From contig NIVC01004155.1 in NCBI GenBank assembly GCA_002269645.1, forward strand, positions 1 to 57,633: a stretch of 57,633 nt of DNA, written 5' to 3'. Source of the stretch: Macrostomum lignano. Lineage: Eukaryota. The notes beneath the pieces are model-generated. The model had not been told where the DNA came from. It made no database searches and worked only from the letters and a program-made list of their open reading frames with translations. This document shows, piece after piece, positions 1-15,660 of the stretch. The position numbers and the translations under genes are program-made. The stretch's first letter is position 1; each line of letters starts with the position of its first letter.

Positions 1-3000
1 ACAGAGAAGGCTACAAGCGCATTGTCTCCGTAGTCCGGGTCAGCGGCACTGACTCTCACAATCAACGAGCCAAACTGGCTGTCGTACGGCAAACTGGCGC
101 TGAAAATCGGCTGAGAAAATGCCGGAACATTGTCGTTCACATCGCCAATGCTGATGTTAACCGTGACCACCGAGGCAACCGAGCTTGAGCCGGCACTACC
201 TGAGCCGACTTGCAGCGAATAATCGGCCGTAGTCTCGCGATCCAACGGCGAGTTGACAAAAATCTCGCCAGTGACGGCGTCGATGCGGAAGGCGTTGCCC
301 GTGTTGCCCAACACAATGCTGTAGCGGATGATGGCGTTCACCCCAATGTCCAAATCTGTAGCGCGCACCGTGCCGACACTCGTGTTGACAGAGACGCTCT
401 CGGCCACGCTGAATGCGTAATTAGACCTGTCGAATACTGGCTTGTTATCGTCGACGTCCAATATTTGCACCATGACGAACAGGCGGGACTCAAGCGGCGG
501 TGTGCGACCATCTCTAACGGCCAGGTTCAACAGATATTGGTCCTGCCTCTCGCGATCGAAAATGATGTTGGCAGTGAGTACACCAGTCACTGGGTTCACC
601 TTGAACTGCGGCGTCTCATCGACGAATGCGTCTCCGTAGAGGATGCCGTAGGTGAGGCGGGCCACCTCGGCGCTGCTGCTATTATCGGCACGCGCTTGCA
701 GCCGGGTGATGATCAGGCCCAGGTACTGCTCCTCCAGCACCTGCAGAGTGTTGTTGTCACTGCTGGGTGAAACCCACACAGGTGGCGTCCTGCTCGACTC
801 GAGAATGGTGATGTGAATGGAGCAAGTGGCGTTGTGCACACCATCGGACACAACTCCCGTTAGAAGCATATTGCCCGCCTTTGTTGTAAGAGATTGGGTC
901 GAGGTAAGCTGCCCTGAACTGGAGTTCATAGCAAACAGATCCGAGTTGGCTGATGGCTGTAGCGAGTAGGTCAATGTGTTGTTTATGTCTATATCCGTGG
1001 CCAAAACTGAAACAAATAAAGTTCCGATGGGAGCATTGTTGCCCACAGTAGCATAGTAATCAGGCACCAGAAATCGAGGCGCGTTGTCATTCACGTCGAG
1101 TATCTGAACATAGACAGGAGCCGATACAAATCGTCTGACAGTGGGATTGGCCGGGCTGTCCGAGACTTGCAGCTGAAGCACGATTTGGTTGGTAACCTCC
1201 CGGTCAAAATACGCCGTCCCATTTGCGTAGACTTCGGCTCCGTTGGCTGAGGGCACCAAGAAGAAGCGAGGATCCGCCAGTTGGAAAGTTACGCGACCAT
1301 AGTCGCCCTTGTCAGCGTCTGAGGCGTTCACGACTCCCAGGAAGCGATTTGGGCCGCTCAGCGGTGTAGACGGAGCCGGGCCGTAGGTCTCAACCAGCGA
1401 GAACTGGTACTGCGACTGCTGAACTATTGGACTCATGTCGTTTATATTGTTCAATGTGATGGACACCGTGGCTGTAGCACTCAGTCTTGGCACGCCGGAG
1501 TCCATGGCAACAACTGTGAAGTTGGTCGCTTCAACAGCTTCAAAGTCAAGTCGTCCTCTCAGTGTCACTGTGCCTGAGGAGGATATGGAGAAGGCCGAAA
1601 GAGGATCATTGACGATATAGTAACCGCTCAGTGGGCCGTCAGGATCCGTGGCTGTCAACACCACAACAAAGCTACCGATTGGTTGCTCTTCATCGATACT
1701 CATGTTGTAGTACGGATTGGGCAATGTCCACGGCCTGACGAACTCCGGCGCCCTGTCATTGACGTCCAAGATGGCGATAATGAGGGTGGCCGTCGCTGTC
1801 TGGGGAGACGTGGCGTTGAGGTCTGCAACATGGACCAACATGGTCACTTCAGACACGATGTCCCGATTCAGCTTGTTCAGAACAGTCACATTGGCTGAAG
1901 TGGCACTCAAATTGAACAGAGTCGCGTTGCTGGTTGTGACTGTACCGTCAAGCCTCTTGTAGACAGTCGATAGGACAGTAAAATTGAGCTGAGAGGCCGA
2001 ATCCTGATCCATGGCTGTCATTTGAGTTACGAAACTTCCAACTGGAGTGTTTTCGTACACCTGAACCAACTTTGGATTCATAAGGAAGTAAGGAAACCGG
2101 TTGTTGGTGTCAATGACGTGCACATTGACTTTAAGCACCGCCTGTAGCCTCGGGCTACCGTTGTCTTCTGCAACAACATTTAATACGTAAACTGGTTGGA
2201 CATCGTAGTCAAAAGTTGCAGCAGCGGTGGTGTACAGATCTCCAGTCGTGTCGTTAATGGTAAATTTACCCTGAGCCCCAGACTGAATGGAGTAGGATAC
2301 GCGACCGTTAGCAGTGGTCGGTAGATCTCCGTCGGTAGCCTTCAGTGTTGTCAAATAGTGCGAGCCATTCATCGTCTCTAGCACTGAGAGGCTGACGGGA
2401 CTGGGCACGGTAAATATAGGCGCGTTATCGTTCAAATCGATGACGTTGATCACAATCTTGTCGTAGGCCTTGAAGTAGGGCGAAGAAGAGTCCTGAGCTT
2501 GCGCATAAAACACGTAGCTCCCAGTCAGGCCTGGGATGGTCTCGTAGTCCACCGGCCTGGACGCAACGATAATCCCACCCGATAGGATTCTCCAAAGTCC
2601 GTCGTAGGTGGTAGCATTTTCTCCCACAATTGAGTATTGAACGACGTTGTTGCCATTAAGAGGAGAATCGGCGTCCGTGGCCGACACCTGGAAAATCGGA
2701 GAACCGCTGGTCTGACCTTCGTTGATGAAAAACTCGTACGTGCCGGTCGCGCTGTCAAATATCGGCGGATTGTCATTCTCGTCGAGCACAGTAAAGACAA
2801 TCGACGTAGAATTCGAATTCCCGGTGCCCTGATTGTCTGTGGCCACTAGGAACAAAGTGTAACTTGGGGCCAGCTCGCGGTCCAGGCAGAGAGGTCCCTT
2901 GCCGGGAACGCCTGTGCAGCGCCGGACGCTGATCACAGCACGAGTCGGGTCTCTGATCTCGAACTTATCCGCTCCGTTGCCGATCAGCGAGTAGCGAATT

Positions 3001-4538
3001 CCGGCCGTGCCGAACATCCCGGAGTCTGGATCGGTCGCTTGGATGCCAAAAGTCAGAGCGGTTCCCTCGGCTGCCAGCTCTGAAACGCTGAAGCTGTAGG
3101 AGGAGCTGTTGAACTGAGGACTGAGGTCATTGATGTCGACTAGCACCACAGCAATCATGGCACTGCCTGTGAGTCTCAGTCCAGGCGGACTCTTGTCTTC
3201 GCGAGCTTCCAAGTTCAATACATAAGCTTTTGTTCCAAAATCATAGTCGATGGTAGAGGTATTCTTCACTCGGATTGAGACCACGGCCAGTTCCTGTCCA
3301 CTGGCGGGCTCCACCATAAATATGTCTGTGTGGCTGAGCAGCACGATAGAAAACGACGCATTGACGCCCTGATCCAGGTCCCTCACCGTGAGTGACAATC
3401 CAGGCACGGGGCTATTGATCGGTATGTTTTCCGGCATGAAGACGGAAGCTGCGGTCTGACTGAAAGTTGGCGCCTTGTTGTTGATTCCGTTGACCGTGAC
3501 GACCAGGGTGGCGGTGGCGGTGGTTAGACTATCATTTCCATAAATTTTCGCTGTCTGGTTAATCACCTCGCTGGCCTTGATAATCACAGCGACGAAGCCG
3601 TCGGCAAGCACCGGGTCCGTGTCTCGGTCTAGATCTTTGATGTTGGTTACAGTGCCCAGGCCCGAGGTCAGGTTAGTCTCAACTGCGAATAGGCCTCCGG
3701 GATTAGTGACCAGAGAGTACACAACTGGCCTCGGGTTGCCGCGATCCTGGTCGATCGCTTGCACGATGGTAATAATGGCGCCCTCGAACTGCTCGAAGGT
3801 TTGAACGTTCATCGAGGTGACAAAGATTGGCGGCTCATTCTGCACGTCGTTGATGCGAATTTCGGCGCTGCCGATGGTCACAAATCTACCGTCGGACGCC
3901 TTCAGCGGCAGCTGCCAGGCGGTTTTGTCTTTGTAGGCCACATTGCCTCGCAGCACGATGCTGCCAGTCCAGCTCCGGACCTGCAGTGGCGCGGTGCGAA
4001 GAACTTCGAAGACGTCGCAAACGCCGGCGAACTCGGAGGCAACGCTGGCCCGGTCGCACTCCACAGTCAAGCCGGGTCCGGTTTCGTCAAGATCGGTGGC
4101 CACCACGCTGGCGATGACCACTGTGCCGTTGGGCGAGGCCTCGTCGACTGACCCGGAGAACACGGGCAGCGTGAACACCGGGGCCACGTCGTTCACGTCG
4201 ATGATAGCGAACGTGACTGTACGACTCACCACCTGTACGTTGTCGTCGTATGAGTTGATGAGAAACACGGACGATATCGTCTTAGTGGTCTCGTGGTCGA
4301 TGTTTCTGACGAGGGTGACGGCACCGGACCTAGAGTCGATAATGAAGTAGGGCGAATTGATCCGGTACTGGATGCCGAAGCCCTCCGGGTCCCTGGCCTC
4401 GATTCTGCCGATGACGGTGCCCGGCGCGGTGTCCTCCTTGATCGCCGTGCCACTGAGGTCCCTGACAAAGTACGGCGGCCTATTTGCGCTGGCCAGCCCG
4501 GCAAAAACTGCCAGCAGTAGCAGGCTGAGATGGCTCAT
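1..4538 (-). CDS. Large non-classical cadherin (Cad87A / CDH23 / CDHR1-like). 5' part only, a single exon of about 1512 codons that continues beyond position 1.
   Basis: ATG at 4538 gives MSHLSLLLLAVFAGLASA (signal peptide) then NRPPYF, an N-terminal motif typical of the CDH23/CDHR1/Cad87A class. About 13 complete EC repeats follow with DxNDN-P-F linkers (IIDVNDVAPVF, VDINDLSPQF, LDENDNPPIF, IDLNDNAPIF, LDVNDRAPEF, LDVNDNAPRF, LDVDDNKPVF, GDVNDNVPAF) and DRE/DYE motifs. The frame is consistent from 4538 to position 3. The ORF track misses it because there is no stop in the window. Confidence 0.93.
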   Translation of the reverse strand, partial: MSHLSLLLLAVFAGLASANRPPYFVRDLSGTAIKEDTAPGTVIGRIEARDPEGFGIQYRINSPYFIIDSRSGAVTLVRNIDHETTKTISSVFLINSYDDNVQVVSRTVTFAIIDVNDVAPVFTLPVFSGSVDEASPNGTVVIASVVATDLDETGPGLTVECDRASVASEFAGVCDVFEVLRTAPLQVRSWTGSIVLRGNVAYKDKTAWQLPLKASDGRFVTIGSAEIRINDVQNEPPIFVTSMNVQTFEQFEGAIITIVQAIDQDRGNPRPVVYSLVTNPGGLFAVETNLTSGLGTVTNIKDLDRDTDPVLADGFVAVIIKASEVINQTAKIYGNDSLTTATATLVVTVNGINNKAPTFSQTAASVFMPENIPINSPVPGLSLTVRDLDQGVNASFSIVLLSHTDIFMVEPASGQELAVVSIRVKNTSTIDYDFGTKAYVLNLEAREDKSPPGLRLTGSAMIAVVLVDINDLSPQFNSSSYSFSVSELAAEGTALTFGIQATDPDSGMFGTAGIRYSLIGNGADKFEIRDPTRAVISVRRCTGVPGKGPLCLDRELAPSYTLFLVATDNQGTGNSNSTSIVFTVLDENDNPPIFDSATGTYEFFINEGQTSGSPIFQVSATDADSPLNGNNVVQYSIVGENATTYDGLWRILSGGIIVASRPVDYETIPGLTGSYVFYAQAQDSSSPYFKAYDKIVINVIDLNDNAPIFTVPSPVSLSVLETMNGSHYLTTLKATDGDLPTTANGRVSYSIQSGAQGKFTINDTTGDLYTTAAATFDYDVQPVYVLNVVAEDNGSPRLQAVLKVNVHVIDTNNRFPYFLMNPKLVQVYENTPVGSFVTQMTAMDQDSASQLNFTVLSTVYKRLDGTVTTSNATLFNLSATSANVTVLNKLNRDIVSEVTMLVHVADLNATSPQTATATLIIAILDVNDRAPEFVRPWTLPNPYYNMSIDEEQPIGSFVVVLTATDPDGPLSGYYIVNDPLSAFSISSSGTVTLRGRLDFEAVEATNFTVVAMDSGVPRLSATATVSITLNNINDMSPIVQQSQYQFSLVETYGPAPSTPLSGPNRFLGVVNASDADKGDYGRVTFQLADPRFFLVPSANGAEVYANGTAYFDREVTNQIVLQLQVSDSPANPTVRRFVSAPVYVQILDVNDNAPRFLVPDYYATVGNNAPIGTLFVSVLATDIDINNTLTYSLQPSANSDLFAMNSSSGQLTSTQSLTTKAGNMLLTGVVSDGVHNATCSIHITILESSRTPPVWVSPSSDNNTLQVLEEQYLGLIITRLQARADNSSSAEVARLTYGILYGDAFVDETPQFKVNPVTGVLTANIIFDRERQDQYLLNLAVRDGRTPPLESRLFVMVQILDVDDNKPVFDRSNYAFSVAESVSVNTSVGTVRATDLDIGVNAIIRYSIVLGNTGNAFRIDAVTGEIFVNSPLDRETTADYSLQVGSGSAGSSSVASVVTVNISIGDVNDNVPAFSQPIFSASLPYDSQFGSLIVRVSAADPDYGDNALVAFS

Positions 4539-5148
4539 CTCCGGTTGTTTCGCTTCTTCTTCAAATACTGCTCCAGATATTCGATATCGGAAACTGAGTT
4601 TCTATCGAAGCAAAAACCTTGCTAGCTTATGCTCTCTGGCGCTAAAAAACTGGGTGCGCCTTTAAAGGCGGACTGCAGCGCATCCAGCAGGCGCAGTACC
4701 CACCCAGTTCTCCGCCCACCCCTCGGATTTCGCCCACATTCGAGGCCGCAGGCTCAATGCAGCGCAGGGGCGCAGAGCACAGTAACACATTCTTGCTCGG
4801 AATGAAATGGATAGACAGAGAAACTGTCTAAGCTGAACAATGGAGAGCGGGCTTGCTGCTTTCGAGTCTGAGTACTTGCTAATCTCTCCGCCTACGAGCG
4901 TAGCAAACTGAAGTGAAGGCGGGCGGAGGGGCGAGGTGACTACTTATTGAATAGGGGAATCCGATTAGTTTATGCGGGCCATCTTTAGGGAAACAAATTC
5001 TCAGCTACATCGTTCAAGCCCTGTTCAGTGCGCCTGAACTCCTATTGGATGCGGTGATATTCAACAACCAGAGGGCAAATATTGACTTGACCTTGCCAGT
5101 GCGTAAACAGGTTGGGAAATTAGAGGTGAAAAAGAGCGGCCGCGTCTG

Positions 5149-5238
5149 ATTGGCCGACCTTTCGATTCGTCGGCACCCGCAAATCAGGAAGGCGTCAACA
5201 GTCCTTCCTTCAGCATTCTTGATCAGCAGGCTATAAAA
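5149..5238 (+). promoter_or_regulatory. Probable core promoter of the nuclear receptor gene (inverted CCAAT box plus TATA box), in an 816-bp head-to-head spacer shared with the cadherin
   Basis: CTGATTGGCC (ATTGG at 5149-5153), TATAAAA at 5232-5238 about 120 nt before the ATG at 5355, and GC-box-like GGGCGGAGGGGCG near 4921. Confidence 0.45.
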
Positions 5239-5354
5239 ATGATAGAACTGCATTTCTACAGAGCAAACCGGTCAACAAGTCTGACGAACAGAACAAGAAC
5301 TCACAGTTGAGGGATAGAGGCAACTGAGACACAAGGAGCTGCTGAGACGCCGAG

Positions 5355-9233
<3,879 letters not shown>

Positions 9234-9462
9234 TGATGATCCACGTCCGGCGATGTCACATTGTAAGCTGACTGCACTGTACCCTTGTCGTGTGTCAAAG
9301 TTAGTTGTGATTGTGGTATAAAATGCATATTATTAATTAGTACGGACTTCGATTTCTAGCGGTCCTTGTTCGTAATCATGGACGAAACTGACGTAATGAG
9401 GACGGGAGGGCGTGCGAAAAGCGGCAAGAGGAACCATTTTGTTCCACCGAAAGAGGAAAATA

Positions 9463-9893
9463 GTTGGCATAAGCGCGCTGTCCATGACTGGCATAAGCGC
9501 GCTGTCCATGACTGGCATAAGCGCGCTGTCCATGACTGGCATAAGCGTGTCCATGACTGGCATAAGCGCGCTCTCTATGACTGGCATTAGCGTGTCCATC
9601 ACTGGCATTAGCGTGTCCATCACTGGCATTAGCGCGCTCTCTATGACTGGCATTAGCGCGCTCTCTATGACTGGCATTAGCGCGCTCTCTATGACTGGCA
9701 TTAGCGCGCTGTCCATGACTGGCATTAGCGTGTCCATGACTGGCATAAGCGTGTCCATGACTGGCATAAGCGTGTCCATGACTGGCATAAGCGTGTCCAT
9801 GACTGGCATTAGCGTGTCCATCACTGGCATAAGCGTGTCTATGACTGGCATTAGCGTGTCCATGACTGGCATTAGCGTGTCCATGACCGGCAC
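9463..9893. repeat. 21/24-bp mixed minisatellite
   Basis: Units CCATGACTGGCATAAGCGCGCTGT (24 bp) and CCATGACTGGCATAAGCGTGT (21 bp) interspersed. Confidence 0.93.
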
Positions 9894-10462
9894 AAGTTTA
9901 GTGACTCAATCTGACTGAACCTTCATTACAATGCTTCATTGCAATATCCCACCTCTGACAGAGAGATAATTTATGTTCATTAACGGAAAACCGGAGAACT
10001 TTTAGCAAGCGAAAGTTCCTACGATCTGCACCCGAACGTGCTTTAGCTGTCTTTAACTGTATAGCTATAAGCTCTTGCGAATTATAGTTTAATATGCTTT
10101 AGCACTTCTGTCCCTGCGGAATCTTTTGCAACTCTATTCTCACTTTCCCACTGCTTATACAGTTCTGCGAATCCTTCTTCAACTTATAATACAACAGAGT
10201 TAAAAAACTGTACTATGCAACCACAGAAAAGTTTTTTTTCTAAACGTTTTGAAAATGCTTGTAATAAACGCTTTTTAACTGTTTTATCACGTCGCAAAAC
10301 ACGCTTTTTTTTCTGCTTCGTTGTTTGTCCGTCTTTCTGTAAATCACAAACCAGACGTTTAAATAAACAATGCTGACCTCTACTCCAGAATCAATAACTT
10401 GATAAAATCAATGTTCAATCTATGAATGCGGACTTTTGGAAATTTAATTTTAAATTCTCGAG

Positions 10463-11466
10463 TTGTCCCAATGGTCCTGACCCACGAATGTTTGTGTCCC
10501 TATGGTCCTGACCCACGAATGTTTGTCCCTATGGTCCTGACACACACGAATGTTTGTGTCCCTATGGTCCTGACCCACGAATGTTTGTGTCCCTATGGTC
10601 CTGACCCACGAATGTTTGTGTCCCTATGGTCCTGACCCACGAATGTTTGTGTCCCTATGGTCCTGACCCACGAATGTTTGTGTCCCTATGGTCCTGACCC
10701 ACGAATGTTTGTGTCCCTATGGTCCTGACACACACGAATGTTTGTGTCCCTATGGTCCTGACCCACGAATGTTTGTGTCCCTATGGTCCTGACCCACGAA
10801 TGTTTGTGTCCCTATGGTCCTGACCCACGAATGTTTGTGTCCCTATGGTCCTGACCCACGAATGTTTGTGTCCCTATGGTCCTGACCCACGAATGTTTGT
10901 GTCCCTATGGTCCTGACACACACGAATGTTTGTGTCCCTATGGTCCTGACCCACGAATGTTTGTGTCCCTATGGTCCTGACCCACGAATGTTTATGTCCC
11001 TATGGTCCTGACCCACGAATGTTTGTGTCCCTATGGTCCTGACACACTTGTGTCCCTATGGTCCTGACACGTGAATGATTGAGTCCCTATGGTAACTGAC
11101 CCACGAATGTTTGTGTCCCTATGGTCCTGACCCACGAATGTTTGTGTCCCTATGGTCCTGACACACTTGTGTCCCTATGGTCCTGACACGTGAATGATTG
11201 AGTCCCTATGGTAACTGACACACACATGATTGAGTCCCTATGGTCCTGACAAACGAATGATTGTGTCACTATGGTCCTGACAAACGAATGATTGTGTCAC
11301 TATGGTCCTGACAAACGAATGATTGTGTCACTATGGTCCTGACAAACGAATGATTGAGTCACTATGGTCCTGACAAACAAATGATTGAGTCCCTATGGTC
11401 CTGACAAACGAATGATTGAGTCCCTATGGTCCTGACAAACAAATGATTGAGTCACTATGGTCCTGA
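10463..11466. repeat. 31-bp minisatellite
   Basis: Unit GTCCCTATGGTCCTGACCCACGAATGTTTGT with 33-bp and GACAAACGAATGATT variants, about 32 copies. Confidence 0.95.
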
Positions 11467-12519
11467 GACATAAGAGGAGTTGGATAAGCTGATGAATAGG
11501 TGACAGATGTTCACCCGATCTTTATTTCATTGAATTGCAATAACTGTTCATCGAATTCACACACCGCTCTGCTAATCACATTGAACAGTCATTGAACACA
11601 AAAGCGTCAATCGATTTTATTGCGTTGAGTAGTCCAATAAACCAAACGAAGGGCAGAGAAGCCATCGCCTCATTAATGTTTGTGTGTGTATATTTATCAA
11701 TATGTATATTCATAAGATTTAATGCACATGTCTATAGAAACATACACGGACAGGTCAGGGCACTGGCGGTACAAGCAAGCAGGTGGAACTGCATTGGGGG
11801 TTGCACAGGTGAGGCAAACACACGGCGGGGGGGGGGTTATCACAGAAAATGGCATAAACAGATTTATCCCATGGCTTGGATATCGCACTAGGCAGCAAAG
11901 CAACACAAATCCACGTGTTGACCTATAATAATCGGTTTTTCTAAAAAATACAAAATCAAGGGCAGACAAACAAAAAAGCAAAGTTGCTATCAGATTAGCA
12001 AAGAAAATAATGTAGATCGGTCTGGAGGGCGCCAGCAACACCGCGTTGAGAGATGAGTTCACTGGAGTAGCCTGGATGGATGAAAACGATTTGGAATATT
12101 AAGCGTACTTGCCTTGGCCTGGGGAATTCCGAGAACTGCATGCACACGGGGCATCCGGTATGCAGTACGCAAAAATATTGTTAAGATAATGTCACACAAA
12201 AATTAAAACAAAAAAGAAACATTGATAGTAAAACTTGAAACTAATGTTTCACTAGCTGACCGATAGCTCGTAGGGTGGTGACTCGAATTTACACCCTGCG
12301 CTTACGGGCTGAAACGTATACTACACATGTATATATATATCCAAATCCGCTCTACCGTTTTACATATCTGTTCTACATTATTACAGACACGCTCTACGCT
12401 TCTACAGACTCATATTCTACTCGTGCAGTAGTACAGGTCTGTTCTACAGTTTCGCAGTGCTTTGAAACACACATGATCATGTACTACAGCATTACAGTGC
12501 CATTTAAAAAGTAATTTAA

Positions 12520-12672
12520 GATCTGTTCTACAGTAATACAGATCCGTTCTACAGTAATACAGATCTTCTCTACAGTAATAAAGATCTTTTCTACAGTAAT
12601 ACAGGTCTGTTCTACAGTAATACAGATCTGTTCTACAGTTATGCAGATCTTTCTACAGTAATGCAGGTCCAT
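12520..12672. repeat. 21-bp minisatellite just 3' of PLEKHA8
   Basis: Unit CTACAGTAATACAGATCTGTT, about 7 copies. Confidence 0.85.
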
Positions 12673-12771
12673 TCTATAGTTTTGCAGTTCCACAGAAACG
12701 CGCCGTTTCACGCAATTTCTCACGCATCCGGCCGAGCAGGAGCAAAGCACAGGCGCCTATCAGTCAGCGCG

Positions 12772-14316
12772 TCAAATCTGCTGCTGGGACTCCAGGCCGT
12801 TCGCAATCAGCATCTTGGTGATGAGCTCAGTCACCACGGCCATAGCGCCAGCGTAGCACCTGGCGTCGGCAACCACGGCTGCCTGGTACTGCGCCGCCTC
12901 CGCAGCCGGCTCGGTTCTGGCCCGGCCGAGCCGACACAGCAGCTCCGATCTGCTTGGCAACGCCTTAATAACCAGCGAGAAAACGCCGCGCACAACCCAG
13001 CCGTGGTAGGGCTTCAACGAGCCATGGTAGGCCTCAGTGGCGGCCTGGGTCAGGTCCTCGCCATTGGTGTCGCATAGCTTGGAAATGAACAGCTGCAGGA
13101 ACAGGATGGACCGGTTCAGCCAGAGGAGAGCCACGCACGCCGAGTTCAAATCGGCGCTGTGACCCAGCCGGACCTCCGCCTCGATCAGCGACTGCAGCGC
13201 GTGAGCTGCCAGCGGGCTGAGCGAGTCGTGCTTGGCGCGCAGCTTGCCGATGTTGCCAAGGACGTCGTTTCGGACAGGCAGAAAGGCGGTAGACTCGAAG
13301 ATGTCAATCAGGTTGACGAGGCCACCGCAGGCTTCCAGGAAGGGCACGACGGGAACGTCGCCGCCAGGGCCGAGGCGGATGTCCTCGAAGGAGGCCGGCA
13401 GCAGGCTGAAGAAGGTGTTGATGCGGCGTTTCCTGGCCGGCTGACGTCGGCGAATCGGCGGCCGGTCGACGGCGGCCTCCGAAGCGGTCGACGAAGTGGA
13501 GGCGTTGGAGTCGATTGACAGGTCGGTGACGACCGGCATCAGGACGCCCTCTTCGCCGGGGTTGGCAACGAAAATTGGCGAAGTGGGCGCCGCTAGCACC
13601 GAGGCGAGCGTCGAGGAGTCCTTCGACGGCGGCCGTTGCAGCGGCCGGTGCTGCAGCGGGAGCGGCCGCGACGAGGTGGCGGCGGCCGGCATTGCCGGCT
13701 TCCCGATGGTGTTGGCCAGATCCATGCAGTCGTCCAGCGCCACGGCGAAGGTGTCAGCGGTGGCGTTGAGCAGGCCGGTGGTGTCATCGAGCTGGGCCAA
13801 ATCGGGCACTCGGCCCTCGCCCAGCTGGGACTTGAGATCGTGGAGCTGCTGGCGCAGCAGGCTGTGGTAGAGCCGCAGCTCCGATTTCTTTTGCGCCATC
13901 AGCTCCATCGTCCGGGCGTTGATGCTGGGCACGGAGGCGGCCGCGGCGGCAGCAGCAGCGCTGGGAGCTGCGCCATCGGGCCGGCCGGACCCGTTAGAGA
14001 CGCAGGCCTTGGAGGAGCCGATGGCGACAATCCAGCTCTGCCTGTCGGCTTGTGTGGTGGCCCGCAGGTGCCAGAGCTGCTCGCCGGGGATGCTGAGATC
14101 GAAGCGCAGGGGGTCGTGCTGGCTGGGCAGCACGTCGCATACGGAGATGTTCACCGAGCCGCGGCAGCCGGAGCTGACCTCCTCCTTGCTGAGGTAATAA
14201 GACAGTTGGCTGCCTTCGGATAGGCGGAACCAGCGGGGCTGCCAGCCGCTCAAATAGTTGGTCCACTTGTGCAGGCCGCCCTCCTTGGCTGCGCGTTCTG
14301 AGCCGGTGGCTGCCAT
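12772..14316 (-). CDS. PLEKHA8: PLEKHA8 / FAPP2-like glycolipid transfer protein (PH domain plus GLTP domain), 514 aa, intronless
   Basis: N-terminal FAPP-type PH domain (EGGLHKWTNYLSGWQPRWF...KSELRLY) and C-terminal GLTP domain (PVRNDVLGNIGKL...ALLWLNRSILF...AYHGSLKPYHGWVVRGVF). The start is placed at ATG 14316, 24 nt after a CAG acceptor (14343-14341). The track's longer N-terminus is an 18-bp minisatellite. Confidence 0.92.
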   Translation of the reverse strand: MAATGSERAAKEGGLHKWTNYLSGWQPRWFRLSEGSQLSYYLSKEEVSSGCRGSVNISVCDVLPSQHDPLRFDLSIPGEQLWHLRATTQADRQSWIVAIGSSKACVSNGSGRPDGAAPSAAAAAAAASVPSINARTMELMAQKKSELRLYHSLLRQQLHDLKSQLGEGRVPDLAQLDDTTGLLNATADTFAVALDDCMDLANTIGKPAMPAAATSSRPLPLQHRPLQRPPSKDSSTLASVLAAPTSPIFVANPGEEGVLMPVVTDLSIDSNASTSSTASEAAVDRPPIRRRQPARKRRINTFFSLLPASFEDIRLGPGGDVPVVPFLEACGGLVNLIDIFESTAFLPVRNDVLGNIGKLRAKHDSLSPLAAHALQSLIEAEVRLGHSADLNSACVALLWLNRSILFLQLFISKLCDTNGEDLTQAATEAYHGSLKPYHGWVVRGVFSLVIKALPSRSELLCRLGRARTEPAAEAAQYQAAVVADARCYAGAMAVVTELITKMLIANGLESQQQI

Positions 14317-14351
14317 CAACGCATTGAGGGCAAATTCAAGCTGGCTGGCTT

Positions 14352-14655
14352 TGTTGCTAAGGGAATGTCTGTTACTAAGGGAATGTCTGTTGCTAAGGGA
14401 ACGGATGTTGCTAAGGGAATGGCTGTTGCTAAGGGAATGGCAGTTGCTAAGGGAACGGATGCTGCTAAGGGAATGGTTGTTGCTAAGGGAATGGCTGTTG
14501 CTAAGGGAACGAATGTTGCTAAGGGAATGGTTGTTGCTAAGGGAATGGCTGTTGCTAAGGGAATGGCTGTTGCTAAGGGAATGGCTGTTTCTAAGGGAAC
14601 GGCTGTTGCTAAGGGAATGTCCGTTGCTAAGGGAATGTCCGTTGCTAAGGGAATG
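14352..14655. repeat. 18-bp minisatellite directly upstream of PLEKHA8
   Basis: Unit GTTGCTAAGGGAATGGCT, about 17 copies. Confidence 0.95.
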
Positions 14656-14994
14656 ATTGCTTCTAATGAAAATAAGCTGTGACAAAAGCTGTCAAGCTGT
14701 TTTTAAAGAGATGACTTTTTTGAGTTTGAGTTAAACATAAGCAAGAAAAAATGGTATTATTTGAATAATAAGCAACAGAAAAACCGGGTTTAAAGAGTTT
14801 CACAACTGGGTGAACAGACAGTAAAAATACCGAGCAAAAAATATAAATTTGAAAACTGATTTCAACAAACAACAAATGGCACCGAATGAAATGGTGGATT
14901 GGCAGGTGCCACTTTGAATTCGCTAAATAAATGTGCTGGCTAGATTAATAACAAGCACTGCACTGAGTTAAGCTGCTGATTCGCGAAAAGAGAG

Positions 14995-15660
14995 ATTGAG
15001 AGAGGGACTTGCAGACATGGAGGGGTTGAGAGAGGGAATTGCAGACATGGAGGGATTGAGAGAGGCAATTGCAGACATGGAGGGATTGAGAGAGGGAATT
15101 GCAGACATGGAAGGATTGAGAGAGGCAATTGCAGACATGGAGGGATTGAGAGAGGCAATTGCAGACATGGAAGGATTGAGAGAGGCAATTGCAGACATGG
15201 AGGGATTGAGAGAGGCAATTGCAGACATGGAGGGATTGAGAGAGGCAATTGCAGACATGGAGGGATTGAGAGAGGGAATTGCAGACATGGAGGGATTGAG
15301 AGAGGGAATTGCAGACATGGAGGGATTGAGAGAGGGAATTGCAGACATGGAGGGATTGAGAGAGGGAATTGCAGACATGGAGGGATTGAGAGAGGCAATT
15401 GCAGACATGGAGGGATTGAGAGAGGCAATTGCAGACATGGAGGGATTGAGAGAGGGAATTGCAGACATGGAGGGGTTGAGAGAGGGAATTGCAGACATGG
15501 AGGGATTGAGAGAGGGAATTGCAGACATGGAGGGATTGAGAGAGGGAATTGCAGACATGGAGGGGTTGAGAGAGGGAATTGCAGACATGGAGGGATTGAG
15601 AGAGGCAATTGCAGACATGGAGGGGTTGAGAGAGGGAATTGCAGACATGGAGGGATTGAG
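14995..15660. repeat. 30-bp purine-rich minisatellite between MND1 and PLEKHA8
   Basis: Unit GAGGGATTGAGAGAGG(G/C)AATTGCAGACATG, about 22 copies. Confidence 0.96.

Noticed and set aside
210-4665. Plus-strand ORFs over the cadherin and antisense ORFs over PLEKHA8, MND1 and INTS11
   Set aside because: These are shadow ORFs of GC-rich coding sequence on the opposite strand.
14317-14685. 123-aa N-terminal extension of PLEKHA8 in the ORF track
   Set aside because: It is an 18-bp minisatellite translation upstream of a splice acceptor. It is not included in the CDS and is kept only as a low-priority lead.
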